Positions 57,634 to 64,000 of a stretch of 64,000 nt of DNA are shown piece by piece. Source of the DNA: Eledone cirrhosa (taxonomy: Eukaryota). Made by a program: the position numbers and the translations under genes. Each line of letters opens with the position of its first letter. Position 1 is the first letter of the stretch. The notes beneath the pieces were generated by a model. That model did not search any database. It saw nothing but the letters and a program-made list of their open reading frames with translations, and was not told the DNA's origin. Where the stretch lies: positions 38,688,001 to 38,752,000 of the forward strand of contig OZ024757.1 of the NCBI GenBank assembly GCA_964016885.1, written 5' to 3'.

Positions 57634-57850
57634 CGAAGGAAATGTGGTAATGAACCAGATGGACCATAACGCACCAAAGTATTCAATACTTAGGGTAGTA
57701 GAGCAGGTAATAGTAACAAGTAGGAGCCCGACGACTGAGCTCAAGCCGTTTCGACGGCTAATTATGGACTAAAATATATATATATATATTTAGTCCAGAA
57801 TTAGCCGTCGAAACGGCTTGAGTTCAGCCGTCGGGGTCCTACTTGTTACT
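57631..57850 (-). mobile_element. Family B fold-back copy with (TA)n at the junction
   Basis: Arms meet across AATATATATATATATAT at ~57773-57789. Confidence 0.8.
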
Positions 57851-58055
57851 ATATATCTATATATATATATACACAATATATATATATATACACAATATAT
57901 ATATATATATATATATACACAATATATATATATATATATATATACACAATATATATATATATATATATATACATAATATATATATATATATATATATACA
58001 CAATATATATATATATATATATATACACAATATATATATATATATATATATATAC

Positions 58056-58146
<91 letters not shown>

Positions 58147-58943
58147 ATATATATATATATATATATACACAATATATATATATATATATATATACACAAT
58201 ATATATATATATATATATATACACAATATATATATATATATATATATACACAATATATATATATATATATATATATACACAATATATATATATATACACA
58301 ATATATATATATATACACACATATATGTATTCAGTTAATGCGCTTATTATTTTTCCCTCAATAATTTGTTGGAATTTCACCCAGATAGTTAGTACAAGTT
58401 GCTTCACGTCTTAGAATTTACTCTCTCTTAACATATACCATAACACTTGTCAAACATCCATACTTCCTCTTTGTTCCAGCTTCATCTGATATCCTTTGCT
58501 ATGTAGACAGGAAAAGTCCAATATCTTGCCAAGTTCCGAATATTCCGTGTTTATACCGTTAATAAGATTACTGTTAGCATTCCCTACTTTGATTTACTTA
58601 AAACACACCCATTCTTTATTCCTTTGTTATATCTATACATATATATTTATATATTTATATATTTATATATATATATTTATATATATTTATATATATATAT
58701 ATTTATATATTTATATATATATATTTATATATATATTTATATATATATATATATATATGTGGGTGTGTGCGTGTGTATGTATGTTTGTGTATGGCTGTAT
58801 GTATGTGTAGATAGCCTGTAAAATTGTTATGTACTCACAGTTAAAAAAAGAACTAAATACATTAGCAGAGTGCATGCATCATTATTTAATAATGGCTTTT
58901 TAGTTTTATGATGGTTAGAATATTCCTTCTCGCGTTATGATAT

Positions 58944-59130
58944 GGCAGTGGATTGGCAGTATCGGTAGGGGTCGGACGCCATGCTTTCCAGCATAGTTAC
59001 GTCCCTTTACGATCTGAGTTCAAATCCCGCCGAGGTTGACTTTGCCTTTCATCCTTACGGGGTCGATAAAATAAAGTACCAGTAATGCACTGGGTAATTG
59101 CTGGCCTTGTGCCTAAAGTAGAAACAGTTA
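58944..59130 (+). mobile_element. Major SINE, near consensus
   Basis: Full-length copy. Confidence 0.9.
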
Positions 59131-59150
59131 TGATATATATATATAAATAT

Positions 59151-59315
59151 AGTAATAATAATAAATGTGAAGACTAAAATCCAAAGAGAGGTCGATCAGG
59201 ATAAATATATATCAAATATATAAGAACCCTAGAGCAAATATTTATTAATCCCGTTATTGGTGAAAGCACCGACCGATTCTTTGCTTAAACTTTAATCTGT
59301 TATTTTAATAAATAT
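59151..59315 (-). mobile_element. Family A rearranged copy
   Basis: Inverted tail joined to an ATCCCGTTA..GAAAGCA.. arm. Confidence 0.7.
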
Positions 59316-59334
59316 ATTTATACAAATATATATT

Positions 59335-59365
<31 letters not shown>

Positions 59366-61345
59366 TCGTCTATATTTGTGTGTTTGTGTTGATCTCGAGT
59401 AAAATCGGGGGTAACGACGGGTACAAAAGGTACACACTACAGTGGTAGCGCGTCAGCATCATTATTTAATGATGCCTTTCTAGTTTTAGGATGGTGAGAT
59501 TTTTTAAATTCAATACTTGTATGCATAACTTTGATATGTAAAATTGGAGGGTGTGCTGTGTATTCTATTGTTTTATGTATGTGGGGTCCCCTCAAACCTT
59601 ATATTCTCTGGTAACCCGCCCCCCTCCCCACACACACACAATGTCTAATATCAACCCTCCCGGCACCACGTACATAGAAAAAAGTTGAACTTACAGGCAC
59701 AATAATATAATATGCGTAGATATCCGTTAAACTGACACTAGTGATTGATTGGACCTTTATTTTATCGATCACATTATCGTGAATATTAAAATTGATTTAC
59801 GTGAAACTTATATTGAAAATCAAAAACACACAGGTACCTAATAAAATATAGAAAACGTGTTTGTTCATCGTGTATCGGTTGTGTCAGCTGTTTAGATGAC
59901 ATAGTAGTAGTAGATATATTATTAGAATATAGATATAGTAGTAGTATATAGATATAGTACTAGTAGTGGTAGTATATAGATATAGTAGTAGTGGGTTATA
60001 CAGATCAATTTGTATCTTAATTTCCTTCAACAGACATTTATAGGCACCATTTTTAAATTTCAAGAATTACCTCCATCTCTCTAGCCCTCCCCATCTCTCT
60101 GTATGGTGAGCAAATGGGGTGCCACGTGCCGGCCTCACCAAAGCCCCGGTGAACAGAATGGAGAAGGCGTTTCCCCGGAGGAAGGAAAGGGAGATGCGCT
60201 GGAAGAGCCATTCAATCTCGAGAGGCTCACACCTGCTTTAGATTATTGTTTGAATAAATCATTAACCTTGGTTTCTAATTTAAGACACAACGCCAAACGA
60301 TTGGAAAAGGGTTGGGCAGGTAAAACTGATTATATTGACGACAGTAAGACTTGTATTTTACGTTATCAGTCTTTGAGGGGTAACATGCAATGTTGCCCTC
60401 TGCGGTATTGGAATTCAGAATCTTAAGAACTAGAACAGATACTGTAATGGCATTTTACCTGAAATTTTGGCAATTGTGCCAATTCAACCCAACCCACTCA
60501 CTCACACATAAATCATTGATGTTAAACAGTGGAAAAAAATAAGTAATGTTAATTATGTTTAAATAGCTATTCTTCGGTAATAAGTTTAATTAGTTAATTC
60601 AAATAGAAATAAAATGGTGAGATTTTTATCCACAGGCGAGAACCTAGATCACCATCTTTCTTTATCAACATTTGTGATTATATATTTTATTCGAAATATG
60701 TAAATAAGTTATGTAAAATAATCTGCGTGGAACGTAGACCACTCCCGTTGGTTAAGATTGTCTGTGAACTGTTGTTGTTGGTTTTCTTTACTAATTTAGT
60801 TATTCTTCAGCTCGACGTCGGTTCTGTCTGTTCAACTTCATTTTGGATATACTGGATTAATTTAAACTCACAAAAATTCATGTTCGGATTGTCTCATATT
60901 ATTAAAATACAAATTGGAAAACAAGGAAAATTATGTCAATTTGCCTTTCAACGTCACACTAATTAAATGTGTGTACATATGGACCAGGAACTTACATTCT
61001 TGCAACCTCGCGAATACACCTCTTTTTTTTTTTTTCAGTACAACACAATTATAATAAAGAAGGTAAGGTTATTTTTTTTTTTATTATTATTTGAATACAT
61101 CTAAAATTCATCAAACATGTTTCACAAGTCATCTCAAAATTATTTCGCACTTTCCAGGCACTGGATCGCACTCAATTTTTTTTTTTTTTGTGTGTATTTA
61201 AAATTAAATGACAGTTTACGAAATATAATATTTAAAATATTTAAACGAAATAACTATAAAGCAAAAATGGCTGCATGGATATATATATATATATATATAT
61301 CTATATAGATAGATATATATATACACGTGTGTAATACTACAGACG

Positions 61346-61380
<35 letters not shown>

Positions 61381-61426
61381 TACACTCGCACACATAATGT
61401 GTATATGGACCTATTTGCACACAAAC

Positions 61427-61472
<46 letters not shown>

Positions 61473-61542
61473 TCCGCCAACTAATTGTACAATTATTATA
61501 AATACTATGTTGAATTAGTTAGGAGTTATAAGTAGATGTAGT

Positions 61543-61731
61543 GGGAGTGAATTGGCAGTATACATAGAGCCTGAAACAACGTGCTTGGCAGTATATAGTT
61601 ACGGTTCTTTGTTCTGAGTTCAAATACTGTCGAGGTTAACTTTGCCTTTCATCCTTACGGGGTCTACAAAATAAAGTACCAGTAATGTACTGGGATATTT
61701 GCTGGCTTTGTGCCAAAAGTAGAAACAAGTA
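61543..61731 (+). mobile_element. Major SINE
   Basis: Same core and 3' end. Confidence 0.8.
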
Positions 61732-62000
61732 TTAGAAGTAGTATTAGCAGACGCATTAATCCAGTGTAAACTATATAAAGAACACAATGTAGGCAGACGT
61801 GTTATTACATTACATATTCGTCACCTGCAATGACGAGACATTAGCAGGCTTGTTTTTTCTTCATTCATTCATTTAGTTATGTGTTGATCTTTTTATTTTA
61901 ACTGTTGATTATTTGGCTCTAAATCTGTGAGTTTAACGAGAGTGATTATATATATATCTATATATATCTATATATATATCTATATATATTTTTCGTTTCT

Positions 62001-62186
62001 GAATTTGTTTAGCAAGATTCTTTCTCTGAAAACGTGTGTTGAAACCGATATTGTTATGCTTTGGGAGGGTCATGTTGCCAATAAGAAACACACGCACCAG
62101 TTGCTTTCATTCCAATTTATTATGAATTAAATTTATAAATGTAAGAATTTATACATTTCCGGTTGGTTGGTTGGTTGGTTCCATAA
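62001..62186. mobile_element. Family H single-arm copy
   Basis: Matches 47509-47635 and the reverse complement of the 47808-47851 tail. Confidence 0.75.
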
Positions 62187-63399
62187 AGTGTGTGTATATA
62201 TATGTGTGTGTATATATATGTGTGTGTGTATATATATATATATATGTGTATGTATGTATATATATGTGTATGTATGTATATATATGTGTATGTATGTATA
62301 TATATGTGTATGTATGTATATATATGTGTATGTATGTATATATATGTGTATGTATGTATATATATGTGTATGTATGTATATATATGTGTATGTATGTATA
62401 TATATGTGTATGTATGTATATATATGTGTATGTATGTATATATATGTGTATGTATGTATATATATGTGTATGTATGTATATATGTGTATGTATGTGTATA
62501 TATGTGTATGTATGTATATATATGTGTATGTATGTATATATATGTGTATGTATGTATATATATGTGTATGTATGTATATATATGTGTATGTATGTATATA
62601 TATGTGTATGTATGTATATATATGTGTATGTATGTATATATATGTGTATGTATGTGTATGTATGTGTATGTATGTGTATGTATGTGTATGTATGTGTATG
62701 TATGTGTGTGTATGTATGTATATATATGTGTATGTATATATATGTGTATATGTGTATGTATATATGTGTATGTGTACATATGTGTGTATATATGTGTATG
62801 TGTACATATGTGTGTATATATATGTATGTATATATGTGTATATATATATATGCATATATATATATATATATATATGTGGGTATATCTATATATGTGTATA
62901 TATGTGTGTATATGTGTGTATATATGTGTATATACATGTGTGTATATATATACATGTGTGTATATATATACATGTGTGTATATATATACATGTGTGTATA
63001 TATATATGTGTATATATATATATGTGTATATATATATATGTGTATATATATATATGTGTATATATATATATGTGTATATATATATATGTGTATATATATA
63101 TATGTGTATATATATGTGTATATATATGTGTATATATATGTGTATATATGTGTGTATATGTGTATATGTGTGTATATGTGTATATGTGTATATATATGTA
63201 TATATGTGTATATATGTGTATATATAAATGTATATATATAAGTATATGTATGTATATATGTATGTATATATGTATGTATGTATATATGTATGTATACATG
63301 TATGTATATGTATATATGTATATGTATGTATATATGTATGTATGTATGTGTGTGTATATATATATGTATATATATATGTATATATATATGTATATATAT

Positions 63400-63478
<79 letters not shown>

Positions 63479-63497
63479 TATATATATATATATACAC

Positions 63498-63528
<31 letters not shown>

Positions 63529-63541
63529 TATATATATATAT

Positions 63542-63580
<39 letters not shown>

Positions 63581-63637
63581 TATATATACACACATATATA
63601 TATATACACACATATATATATATATACACACACATAT

Positions 63638-63683
<46 letters not shown>

Positions 63684-63699
63684 GTATATATATACACAC

Positions 63700-63756
<57 letters not shown>

Positions 63757-63895
63757 TATATATATACACATATATATATATACACACACATATATATATA
63801 TATATACACACACATATATATATATATACACATATATATATATATATATACACACATATATATATATACACACATATATATATATATACACACAC

Positions 63896-63946
<51 letters not shown>

Positions 63947-63949
63947 CAC

Positions 63950-63980
<31 letters not shown>

Positions 63981-64000
63981 CACATATATATATATACATA
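62187..64000. repeat. Compound TATG/TG/TA microsatellite with a 20 bp unit, switching to CA-rich near 63400
   Basis: TATATGTGTATGTATGTATA repeated; runs off the window end. Confidence 0.97.

Noticed and set aside
62120-63999. ORFs of 350-620 aa, and similar ones at 3820-5612, 8675-9634, 25038-26978 and 37854-39686
   Set aside because: Translations of dinucleotide microsatellites (Y/I/C/V/H/T only), open in most frames on both strands.

Overview
AT-rich metazoan DNA, inferred to be octopod cephalopod from its extreme (TA)n/(TG)n/(TC)n density and octopus-type tRNA-SINEs. Nearly all long ORFs in the track (YIYIYI, VCVCV, LSLSL) are microsatellite translation artefacts. Real content: (1) a probable minus-strand protein-coding gene built by eye from five phase-compatible exons (47030-47122, 46625-46684, 42093-42212, 22084-22200, 11860-11990) with a microsatellite-free putative 3'UTR; product not recognised; (2) many SINE copies, RTE and R4-like LINE relics, a non-autonomous Helitron and a small TIR element; (3) most notably, at least eight families of short elements embedded in (TA)n tracts that share a fold-back (inverted repeat plus one-sided tail) architecture, together with type I hammerhead ribozyme motifs, as expected for non-autonomous Penelope-like/retrozyme-type elements. 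These include two canonical-core hammerheads (49299-49354, 49935-50009), two copies of an unusual hammerhead with a >100 nt stem II and a compensatory change in stem I (18398-18535, 36738-36891, sense to the predicted host gene), and a multi-copy variant-core motif (CAGAAGA). All structures were read by eye; none is computed or assayed, and repeat boundaries are approximate.
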